A stretch of DNA of 64,000 nucleotides from Ostreococcus lucimarinus. Its lineage: Eukaryota. The DNA lies in assembly GCA_000092065.1 (NCBI GenBank), contig CP000593.1. One strand, written 5' to 3'. Below are positions 10,346-19,051 of this stretch, in pieces. The notes below the pieces were generated by a model, which was not told the DNA's origin, searched no databases, and saw only the letters and a list, made by a program, of their open reading frames with translations. The position numbers and the translations under genes were made by a program. The stretch's first letter is position 1, and every line of letters starts with the position of its first letter.

Positions 10346-11446
10346 ATGCCCGTCGGCGTGTGCGTCATCACCGGTTTTCTCGGCAGTGGCAAGACGACGC
10401 TGGTGAATTACATCTTAAAAGCTGATCATGGGTACAGGATAGCCGTCATTCTCAACGATTTCGGCGCCGAACTCGGCGTGGAGAAGATGCTCGTCCAACA
10501 GGATGGCGTCGACGGGGACAACGCCTCGCGCACGCTCGTCGAGGATTGGGTCGAACTTAACAACGGATGCGTGTGTTGCACGGTTAAGGGGAGTTTGGTG
10601 CAAACCATCGAGGGTTTGCTGGAGAAGCGGAAGGAGATGGGGGAAAAGTTTGACTTCATCCTCCTCGAAACCACCGGACTCGCTGACCCGGGGCCAGTGG
10701 CGCGCGAGCTGTGGGTAGACGACGAACTCGTGGAGGAAGACGGGGCAGTTTTAGACTCCATCGTGACTTTAGTCGACGCATCGAACATCGAGAAGCAGAT
10801 CGAGGAGAACAAAGAGGCGACGCTGCAGGTGGCGTATGCGGATACGATTTTGTTAAATAAAGCCGACTTGGTGAAGGCGGAAGACTTAGAGCGCGTGAAA
10901 GCGCGAATAGCAGCGATTAACGCCGAAGCCGAGATAGTGGTGACGACGAGATCGAGCGTGGATTTAGGCATCGTGCTCAATCAAGGCACGGTCGCCGGTG
11001 GAGGTTGCGGTAGGAAGCCGGTTTTAGGCGAATTCGCGTCGGCGCCTCCGAGCGCGGTGGTCGCCTCGGGGGGCGGTTTCTGGGCCAAGGGTGTCGAAAA
11101 GTACGCACCTGCGTCGAGCGTGCACAATTCAGACATCAGAACCGTGTGCATCGCCACGAGTGGGTTCTTGGATGGCGAATCCTTTCAAAACTGGCTCGAA
11201 GACTTGCTGTGGGAACGACGAAACGCCGAGGGCGGCGCGGACATTTTACGCGCCAAAGGTCTCGTTTACACCGCAGGATCGGACAAGCGCCGAGTGTTAC
11301 AAGCGGTTCGCGAAGTGTACGAAATCACGGACGGGCCCGTCGAAGAGAACTCGGACGAAGTGATGAACAAGCTGGTGTTCATCGGACGTAACTTGGACGA
11401 AGACGCCTTGGCAGTCGGCCTGAAATCGTGCGTCGCGCGCGACTGA
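10346..11446 (+). CDS. CobW/COG0523-family GTPase (zinc-chaperone-like)
   Basis: P-loop VCVITGFLGSGKTTLVNYIL, the metal-binding motif GCVCCTVKG, switch II ILLETTGLADPGP, and a C-terminal CobW_C domain. Confidence 0.85.
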   Translation: MPVGVCVITGFLGSGKTTLVNYILKADHGYRIAVILNDFGAELGVEKMLVQQDGVDGDNASRTLVEDWVELNNGCVCCTVKGSLVQTIEGLLEKRKEMGEKFDFILLETTGLADPGPVARELWVDDELVEEDGAVLDSIVTLVDASNIEKQIEENKEATLQVAYADTILLNKADLVKAEDLERVKARIAAINAEAEIVVTTRSSVDLGIVLNQGTVAGGGCGRKPVLGEFASAPPSAVVASGGGFWAKGVEKYAPASSVHNSDIRTVCIATSGFLDGESFQNWLEDLLWERRNAEGGADILRAKGLVYTAGSDKRRVLQAVREVYEITDGPVEENSDEVMNKLVFIGRNLDEDALAVGLKSCVARD

Positions 11447-11503
11447 CTGTGTTTCATAGAATTCTTTCCATGTATGTAATGTACAAATTGTGTTGCTATC
11501 GCG

Positions 11504-12220
11504 CTAACGTTCGGCCTCGATCTGCGCCAGCGCGCTCACGAGCTTGGGCGCGAGCTCCTCGACGCCGCGTTTCTCGCCATCCTTGGCGCCGACGTTTGCG
11601 CCGTGCTTCGCCAGTCGAATCGCCGCTTCGTCTTGCCCCGCTTCGCACGCCACTAAAAGCGGCGTCTGTCCGCGCTTATCTCTCGCCTCGAGCGCCATTT
11701 TCGGCACCTCTGTCGTCCCGTTCGCGAGCGCGTCCACCAAGAAATCGATCGCCCGCAGCTCCCCTCGCGCCGCCGCCCGATGCAACGGCGTCGCCCCGAC
11801 GTCGTCCTCCATCGTCAACCACCCCCTCCCTCCGCTCACCAGCGTCTCCAGCGTCCCCACGCGTCCCTTGCTCGCCGCGTAGTGCCCCGGCGTCTGCCCC
11901 CCCGGCGTCCGCGCCTCGCAATCCGCCCCTCGCGCGAGCAGCGTCCCGCACGTCTCCCGCTCCCCCAGCGCCGCGCTCGTGTGCAGCGGCGTCCACCCAC
12001 CGTCGTCCGCCGTCGTCACCACCCTCGCCATCGCCTCGCCCTTCATCCGTTCGCGCGCCAGTCGCGTCACGTCGCGTCCGCGCGCGCCCGCGGCGCACGC
12101 GCGATGAAAGCTCGTGCGTCCGTCGTCGTCGCGACGCGTCATCGCGCGCTCGAGCGCGTCGTCGTCGAGCGCGGAGAACCACGCGGCGTCGCCCGCGCTC
12201 GCGCGCTCGAGCGCGTCCAT
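11504..12220 (-). CDS. ankyrin-repeat protein
   Basis: Several copies of the ankyrin repeat pattern (consensus G.TPLH.AA..G): GWTPLHTSAALGERETCGTLLARGAD, GQTPGHYAASKGRVGTLETLV and GATPLHRAAARGELRAIDFLV. Confidence 0.65.
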   Translation of the reverse strand: MDALERASAGDAAWFSALDDDALERAMTRRDDDGRTSFHRACAAGARGRDVTRLARERMKGEAMARVVTTADDGGWTPLHTSAALGERETCGTLLARGADCEARTPGGQTPGHYAASKGRVGTLETLVSGGRGWLTMEDDVGATPLHRAAARGELRAIDFLVDALANGTTEVPKMALEARDKRGQTPLLVACEAGQDEAAIRLAKHGANVGAKDGEKRGVEELAPKLVSALAQIEAER

Positions 12221-12255
12221 CGGCGCCGCCGTGTGCCGGTCGCGGGCCGGGGTGA

Positions 12256-15200
12256 TTGCGCGATGACTTCCCGGACTGTTTGCCCATACGGAAACTGCCG
12301 CGGACGATTTCGAGCCGTTCGTTCGCCCGTCGCCGCACCGCGCGACGCGCGACGACGGCGACGCGGGCGCCGACGCGCGGCGCGGCGACGACGGCGACGA
12401 TGACGCCGCGCGTCGCGACGACGGCGACGACGCGCCCGACGCCGCGCGCGACGCGAGACGAGAGACGCGCGCGCGGAGGACGACGCGCGGCGGCTGCGGC
12501 GCACGATGGACGACGAAGCGACGCGATGGGACGCGCGATGACGACGCGGGGAGGCGAACGAACGACGCGAGGACGATCGACGTCGTACGATGAAGCGATG
12601 ACGACGCGGGAGTCGGGAGAGACGCGACCGAGACGCGCGGAGACGACGATGGAGGGCGAGGGCGGGTGCGCGGCGACGGCGACGCGGACGACGAACGCGC
12701 AGGGCGTGCACACGGTGTCGATCGCGCTGAAGACGCTGCCGAAGGGAGTGGCGAACGCGAGGGAGGTGACGTTTCATTGGGGGGTGATGCGGGAAAAGAC
12801 GGGGAAGACGTGGCAGGTGTTGCCGAGCGAGTTGCACCCGCCGAACACCGAATATTACAAGGGCGACAAGGCGATGCGGAGCGCGTTTCCGGTGTGGGGA
12901 CCGGTGAACTTAGTGCTCGATCCGCAGGCGAAGAGCGTCGCGTTCGCGCTGTACGTCGAAAAGACTGGAGAGTGGATCAACGCGGTCGGGGGTGGGAATT
13001 TCGAGATCGACCTCGCGGCGGAAACGCCGTCGACGGCGGTCAAAGCGGCGGCGAGCGCCGTCGAAGCGCCCGCGCCGACGCCGAAGGAGGAAATCCTGAA
13101 GACGGCGCCGAAGGTGACTGTGAAGGCGACGGCGACAGAGATGACGAGTGCACTCACCGATCCCATCGAGCTTCTCATCGCGGACATGGCTCGTGTGGAA
13201 TGGGAAGCCGTCGGACGTCCGGGCCTCGACGCCCAGACTCGGGACGACATGCTCAGGCGCGCGGCGGATCAAATCAAAAGTAAGCTCGCCGAGGGTATGA
13301 GTTTTGAGCAAATCGCGGCCGGTGACGCTAGCGTGAAGAGTGTTCCCAAGGTTGTCGCGACTGAAGCGCCCAAGGTGGTTGCGAAGACGATTGAGACGCC
13401 AATCGCGACGAAGAAGTTTTCCCTCGAGGATTTCCAGGCTGTCGCGCAGGACAGAGCGACCGACGACACGAACGTCAAGTGGAATAAACTGTACGAAGAA
13501 GGTGGTACGACGATATTCGTGGAGGCGCGAGAAGTGAATGGTAGTGGGATCCAATTACACGTCTTGGCGGACTCCAAAGACGATCTTATCATTCATTGGG
13601 GCGCGACGACGACGACGGATGGCTCATGGAAACCGCCGCCGCACGGTTTCAGCACTCAACCCTCTCGTTCATGGGCTTCCTCGGGCAGCAGTTGGGAGAC
13701 TGAGCTCGAACGCATCAGTCCCAATCTTCGAGCGGTGACTTTGGATGTGCCGTTGGATGTAAAAGCGCGCGAGGGCATCATCTTTGTGCTACGAACAACG
13801 TCAAACAAATGGATCAAGAATGGTCGAGACGACTTTTTTGCCTCCCTCGAGGGTTCGGTTCTCGAGCGTCCGGCTAAGACGGAGAAAAAGTCGGAGCGTC
13901 GCAAAGATTCCCAACAAGATCGATCGCGTAAAGAGAGCCGTAGCGAACCAGTCGTCGTCAAAGTCGCGAAGAAGGAGAAGCCTGCGCCAATCAAGCGAGA
14001 CCGCTGGGACGTCGACGACATCGCGCTCGATCAGGGCGTATTCCAAAACTTGGGCGGTTTTGTCGCGCAGGATATGGTTGACAGGATTTGTGGCGAAGAA
14101 TCGGGTGCAACACGATCTTTGATGCATCGATACAACGCTGGCGCAGACATGTTGGGCGCAATGCACGGCGCGGGCGAACCCGGACTCACCGCCCTCTTCT
14201 GTTGGTTCCGCTTCATGGCGTTGAGACAGTTGGTCTGGAATAACGATTACAACATCAAGCCACGAGAAATTAGTGCAGCGCAGGCGAGAATGACAGAGGG
14301 TCTGAGTGCGATTTACAGACAAGATCCTGAGTACAGAGACATCGTGCGTCTCATCATGGCTACGATTGGCAGAGGTGGCGACGGAGACGTCGGTCAGCGC
14401 ATTCGAGACGAGATTCTTGCCGTTCAGCAAAAGAACAACTGCAAGGGTGGAATGATGGAAGAGTGGCATCAAAAGTTGCACAACAACACGTCGCCGGACG
14501 ATGTTCCTATTTGTGAGGCGTTGCTCAAATTTATTGCGGCAGATTGCGACATCAGCGTTTATTGGGCGCACCTTCACGCCAACGGCATTGACGCCGCGCG
14601 GATGAAAGCTTACGACCGCCAAATTTGTAGCGAACCCAGCTTCTCTCGAGATCAATACGAAGGTTTGACGGCTGATTTGACCGAGTATCTTCGCACGCTG
14701 AAGGCGGTGCACTCTGGTGCTGATCTTGATTCAGCCGCAGAGGCGTGCCTCGGTTACCACCAAGATGCGTGCAAAGGTAAGGAGATCAATATTCCTCCGA
14801 TTCGTGAAGTTGCGAGCGAACGTCTGGAAGAGCTCTTATGCGCAGCGCGAGAGTTACGTTCTGAAGATCCTTTGCTCGCGCTCGAAGCGATGATTGAGGC
14901 GAGAAGATACCTTTGGACGTGGACTCGTCCCGGCGGAAAATCAAACGATCGCATCAAGGATGTCATTTATCTCGATCTTGCGTTAGAAGGTGCGGCGCGT
15001 TCGGTCATCGAAGGATCTCTTGAATCTTTGCCTACTCGAGCTCCTTACGAAGTTTTGAGAATCATGAGCCTCGTCCTCGAGAATCTTTGCATGTCTGCAA
15101 GCGGCAACCACGAGTTGCGCATTTGCCTGAAAGAGTGGCAAAATGTGCTTGAAGCAGCGAGACGCCAAGGAGATTGGGCTTTGCAGGCAAAAGCGGTGTG

Positions 15201-16833
15201 CGATCGACTGCAAAACTCGCTTGGCGAAATTTCTCAGCGCTATATTGACGCACTTCAGCCGACGGCACAGAGCATGGGAAACAAGCTCGGTGTGGATGGA
15301 CACGTGCTCGACCTGTTCTCGGAAGAAATCATCCGTGGAACTGCAGCGGCGCCACTTTCTCAAATGCTCAGAGTTCTCGACCCAGTTATTCGTAATGTTG
15401 CGAACATGGGCAGCTGGCAAATCGTCAGTAACGCCGAGTGTAGTGGCGTGATTGTTTCGGTCGCATCCCTCGCCGATGTGCAAAATGTCAAGTATTCTCA
15501 ACCGACTGTCATTATTGCCGACCGCGTTGGTGGCGAAGAGGACATTCCGGTTGGCGTGGTCGCGATCGTTACTCCTGATATGCCAGATGTGCTGTCTCAC
15601 TGCGCCGTTCGCGCCCGTAACGAAAAGGTTCTTTTCGCTACTTTGTTTGACGTGAATGTTCTAGAACAGATGAAAGCCATGACCGGGAAATCCGTGCAAC
15701 TCAAGCCGTCTGCGCAGGGCGACGATTTGCAATTCGATGTTGTCGACGGCATCATCGGTACCGACGCGGAGGTCATAGCAACATCGTCGAGCGATTCCGT
15801 TTCGAGTGACATATCGATCATCAAACGTCCGTTTCAAGGAAAATTTGTCGCCACGTCATCAGAGTTTACCCCAGAGCTTGTCGGCGGCAAATCTCGAAAC
15901 TTGCAACTCCTTCGCGGTCGAGTCTCAAACCTCATAAAGTTACCGCCGTCCGTTGCGATGCCTTTTGGTACGTTCGATGCAGTTCTTGATGTCCCTGAGA
16001 ATGCAGGCGCAAAGAGACAAATTGCAGAGTTAGTCAAACAACTTGAAGCGTACGACTCCACAGACGGCGTTGGCTTCAAAGCACTCATTGCGGAAGTCAA
16101 GGCATGTATCGCCACTTTAAAACCGACGGCCGACCTGTCGAAAAGTTTGAAAGTCGCCTTCGAAGCCGAATCACTCGGTTGGCCGGGAGATCTCGTGACG
16201 AGCGCTCAAGGTCAAAAGGCATGGAAGACGATTCTTGGCGTATGGGCAAGCAAGTACAACGAGCGAGCCGTTTTGAGTTGCAAAAAGGCAGGGCTGAATC
16301 ACGCCGATTTGTCCATGGCTGTGCTTTGTCAGCCCGTCGTTCGTGCGCGATACGCATTCGTACTGCACACAGTGAATCCACAAAACAACGACAAGAGCGA
16401 AATTTACGGTGAGCTTGTGTGTGGTCTGGGCGAAGCGCTCGTCGGTAACTTTTCTGGTCGAGCATTGTCATTCAAGACATCCAAGAGCAATTTGGATAAT
16501 CCGACCGTCGTCGGGTTCCCTTCGAAGTCAAAAGGACTTTTCATGGAGCAAGATTCACTTATTTTCCGATCCGATAGTAACGGCGAAGACCTGGAAGGGT
16601 TCGCCGGTGCGGGCTTGTACGATAGCATCACCATGGAGGAGGCAACGTTGAAAAACGTCGACTACTCCACCGACAGCCTCATTACGGACGAAACCAAGCG
16701 ACAAAAGCTTTTAGCGACCATCTCCAAGGTTGCACTAGAGATTGAGACACTTTGTGGGTCTCCTCAAGACATTGAGGGCGCGATATCTGAAGATGGGCAG
16801 CTCTACATCGTTCAAACGCGACCTCAAGTGTAG
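12256..16833 (+). CDS. GWD: alpha-glucan, water dikinase (GWD/R1, starch phosphorylation). The first 100-130 codons of the ORF are low-complexity and overlap the start of the ankyrin gene, so the true start is probably further downstream
   Basis: The phosphohistidine domain VVAIVTPDMPDVLSHCAVRARNEKVLFATLFD matches the GWD catalytic His motif LSHVSVRARN. The C-terminal PPDK-type nucleotide-binding domain includes GGKSRNLQLLRG and GLYDSI. The N-terminus has CBM45-like Trp-containing segments (VTFHWGV...W). Confidence 0.85.
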   Translation: MRDDFPDCLPIRKLPRTISSRSFARRRTARRATTATRAPTRGAATTATMTPRVATTATTRPTPRATRDERRARGGRRAAAAAHDGRRSDAMGRAMTTRGGERTTRGRSTSYDEAMTTRESGETRPRRAETTMEGEGGCAATATRTTNAQGVHTVSIALKTLPKGVANAREVTFHWGVMREKTGKTWQVLPSELHPPNTEYYKGDKAMRSAFPVWGPVNLVLDPQAKSVAFALYVEKTGEWINAVGGGNFEIDLAAETPSTAVKAAASAVEAPAPTPKEEILKTAPKVTVKATATEMTSALTDPIELLIADMARVEWEAVGRPGLDAQTRDDMLRRAADQIKSKLAEGMSFEQIAAGDASVKSVPKVVATEAPKVVAKTIETPIATKKFSLEDFQAVAQDRATDDTNVKWNKLYEEGGTTIFVEAREVNGSGIQLHVLADSKDDLIIHWGATTTTDGSWKPPPHGFSTQPSRSWASSGSSWETELERISPNLRAVTLDVPLDVKAREGIIFVLRTTSNKWIKNGRDDFFASLEGSVLERPAKTEKKSERRKDSQQDRSRKESRSEPVVVKVAKKEKPAPIKRDRWDVDDIALDQGVFQNLGGFVAQDMVDRICGEESGATRSLMHRYNAGADMLGAMHGAGEPGLTALFCWFRFMALRQLVWNNDYNIKPREISAAQARMTEGLSAIYRQDPEYRDIVRLIMATIGRGGDGDVGQRIRDEILAVQQKNNCKGGMMEEWHQKLHNNTSPDDVPICEALLKFIAADCDISVYWAHLHANGIDAARMKAYDRQICSEPSFSRDQYEGLTADLTEYLRTLKAVHSGADLDSAAEACLGYHQDACKGKEINIPPIREVASERLEELLCAARELRSEDPLLALEAMIEARRYLWTWTRPGGKSNDRIKDVIYLDLALEGAARSVIEGSLESLPTRAPYEVLRIMSLVLENLCMSASGNHELRICLKEWQNVLEAARRQGDWALQAKAVCDRLQNSLGEISQRYIDALQPTAQSMGNKLGVDGHVLDLFSEEIIRGTAAAPLSQMLRVLDPVIRNVANMGSWQIVSNAECSGVIVSVASLADVQNVKYSQPTVIIADRVGGEEDIPVGVVAIVTPDMPDVLSHCAVRARNEKVLFATLFDVNVLEQMKAMTGKSVQLKPSAQGDDLQFDVVDGIIGTDAEVIATSSSDSVSSDISIIKRPFQGKFVATSSEFTPELVGGKSRNLQLLRGRVSNLIKLPPSVAMPFGTFDAVLDVPENAGAKRQIAELVKQLEAYDSTDGVGFKALIAEVKACIATLKPTADLSKSLKVAFEAESLGWPGDLVTSAQGQKAWKTILGVWASKYNERAVLSCKKAGLNHADLSMAVLCQPVVRARYAFVLHTVNPQNNDKSEIYGELVCGLGEALVGNFSGRALSFKTSKSNLDNPTVVGFPSKSKGLFMEQDSLIFRSDSNGEDLEGFAGAGLYDSITMEEATLKNVDYSTDSLITDETKRQKLLATISKVALEIETLCGSPQDIEGAISEDGQLYIVQTRPQV

Positions 16834-17045
16834 ATGCCCGCGCGCGCGGGCACCCATCAAGTATACATCTGCAACGCGCTTCAATTAGTAGTTATTGTAA
16901 ACTTAACGCACGCTAATGATAACGTGAAAGTGAGTCCGAATTTTATTTGACAAAACCGCTATCGAACCGTGATGTACGTACAGTAAATGGAGTGTTGTTA
17001 TAAGCGCAAGATGCGAGTTTTAAGGCGACCGAGTTACGTGTCAAA

Positions 17046-18938
17046 TCACGCGACGGTTCCAATCTTCGCGTCTGGAGAGAGATATTTCTTCAAGACGTTC
17101 GGAGGGTGGAGCATGTTGAACTCTTCAGTGGCATCCTTTCCGGCGAAGAGCATGATCGCTTTCTTTCCACCTGGATGATCGGGCAAGAAAGTCGTGAGAT
17201 CGTAAACGGCGCCCTCGATGATGACCCAGAGGTCGCCCTCGGAGTTGTGCTTCGCGATTTCATCCATGGTGATAGCGCGAGCACCGCCACCGCTAGACAC
17301 TGGCGCGGCGGACGCCGTGCTCATGGATGGGTTGATCTTGTCGTTCAAGTTAGCGACGCGATTAAGAGCGACGGATTGACCAGATCTAAGCGCCTTGATA
17401 GCCGTCGCCATGAGGTGTCGAGAAACTGAGGCACCCGCGACGCGACCAAAGACGACGCAATCCAACAGAGAGTTACCACCGAGTCGGTTACGGCCGTGAA
17501 TACCCCCAACGACCTCGCCCGCACCGTATAAACCAGGAATCGGTCCTGACGACCCGACGATTTGCGAATCAGTGTTGATGGCGAGTCCACCCATGGTGTA
17601 GTGCACGACGGTGCACACGATGGCGGAGTGAAAGAAATCATTCATTTCGAACGGAGCGTTGGTGAAAAACTTTTTACCGAACGGACACTTCTTCGTTCGA
17701 GCGGCTTCGTTGTACTTGGCAAAGGTGTCGGCGAGCTTTTGTGGACTGATGCCCATTTCTTTTGCAACTTCGGCACCCGTATCGTGACGCTTCATGATGC
17801 CTCGCCCGACGTAATGCTTGCAGTGCCATTCGATCTCCTTTGAAGCCTTGCCGTTCAGAATCAAACGGAAAGGCCCTTTGTTTCTGTTCATTTCACCACT
17901 GACGTAGTCTCGTCGACCGAGCTCATCGGCGAATCTGTTCCCGTCTGCGTCCAGGAGGATGCCTCCGACGCCTCGAAGCGCCTCGGCGGCTAAGAACTTC
18001 ACCTTGGAATCTGGCTCTGAAGGGTTGACTAATCCGGTAGGATGCACTTGCACAGACTCCATATCGATCGTATCCGCTCCGACGGCCAAGGCCATCTTGA
18101 TTCCATCCCCCGTGCAGTGGTCACCGTTCGTCGTCGGCAGCGCCTGCAAGTCGGGTCGGTACTTTTTCAACAACGAGTCTGACTGGTAATCCGCACCGAA
18201 ACCACCGGTAGCGATGACGACTGGACCGTACTCTTGATGTAAAGCGCCACCCTTCTCGTATTCCACCCCGATCACGGTACCACTTCCGTCCTTTAGCAAC
18301 CGCTTTGCCTCGGCTTTGGTCACGATTCGCGCAATTTCCCCATTCGTCTCCTCCATAATCTTCTCCAACCCCTCCATCAGGGCGTACGTGATCGTGAACC
18401 CTGGGAACCGCTCTTTGCCTCGATGCGTTCGCGGGAACGAGTGCCCACCGAGCTGCGCGACGAGGGACAAGTCAAGGTTAAACTTTTCCATCAACCAATC
18501 CACGCTCGAACCGCTTCCTTGCGCCAGCACCTTTGCGAGCGGCACCGTGTGTGCCGGCGCTTCGGTGTGCCCGACGCCCGCCGCGCCCTTGATGATATCA
18601 TCTTCAAACTTATCAGCGCTGTCGGGAATGTTCAACCGCGCCTGCGTCTTCGTCAACGCTCCGTTAATCCCACTCGTCGCCTTCGTGCTGTTCCCGCCCA
18701 GGAAGGAACATTTGTCGAGCAACACGACGCGCGCGCCGTGTTCGATGACGGTGTGCGCCGCGGACAGGCCCGCGAGACCACCGCCGATGACGATGACTTG
18801 ATCAGCCATGTCGACGGCGAGTCTGACGACGCACGACGACGCGTTATGACGACGAACACGCGCCGCAATCCGATCGCGATTATTTTTAACGACCTCGCGA
18901 TGGGACGTCGGTCGAGGTTCGCGAACCGCGCTCGGCAC
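17046..18938 (-). CDS. soluble fumarate reductase/succinate dehydrogenase-type flavoprotein (OSM1/FRD-like) with a C-terminal cytochrome b5 domain
   Basis: FAD motif VIVIGGGLAGLSAAHTV...GGNS, the FAD_binding_2 active-site region HYTMGG and a GAGEV...GRNRLGGNSL tail. The C-terminus carries a cytochrome b5 fold, ITMDEIAKHNSEGDLWVIIEGAVYDLTTFLPDHPGG. Confidence 0.8.
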   Translation of the reverse strand: MPSAVREPRPTSHREVVKNNRDRIAARVRRHNASSCVVRLAVDMADQVIVIGGGLAGLSAAHTVIEHGARVVLLDKCSFLGGNSTKATSGINGALTKTQARLNIPDSADKFEDDIIKGAAGVGHTEAPAHTVPLAKVLAQGSGSSVDWLMEKFNLDLSLVAQLGGHSFPRTHRGKERFPGFTITYALMEGLEKIMEETNGEIARIVTKAEAKRLLKDGSGTVIGVEYEKGGALHQEYGPVVIATGGFGADYQSDSLLKKYRPDLQALPTTNGDHCTGDGIKMALAVGADTIDMESVQVHPTGLVNPSEPDSKVKFLAAEALRGVGGILLDADGNRFADELGRRDYVSGEMNRNKGPFRLILNGKASKEIEWHCKHYVGRGIMKRHDTGAEVAKEMGISPQKLADTFAKYNEAARTKKCPFGKKFFTNAPFEMNDFFHSAIVCTVVHYTMGGLAINTDSQIVGSSGPIPGLYGAGEVVGGIHGRNRLGGNSLLDCVVFGRVAGASVSRHLMATAIKALRSGQSVALNRVANLNDKINPSMSTASAAPVSSGGGARAITMDEIAKHNSEGDLWVIIEGAVYDLTTFLPDHPGGKKAIMLFAGKDATEEFNMLHPPNVLKKYLSPDAKIGTVA

Positions 18939-19051
18939 CGGGACGAGATTTTAGAGACTGTGCTCGACAAACGACGCGATGAAGTCGTCGAGGGGGGAGA
19001 GAGTGGAGCGAAAACGACGCGATGACAACACAAAAATAGTATAATGTTACA

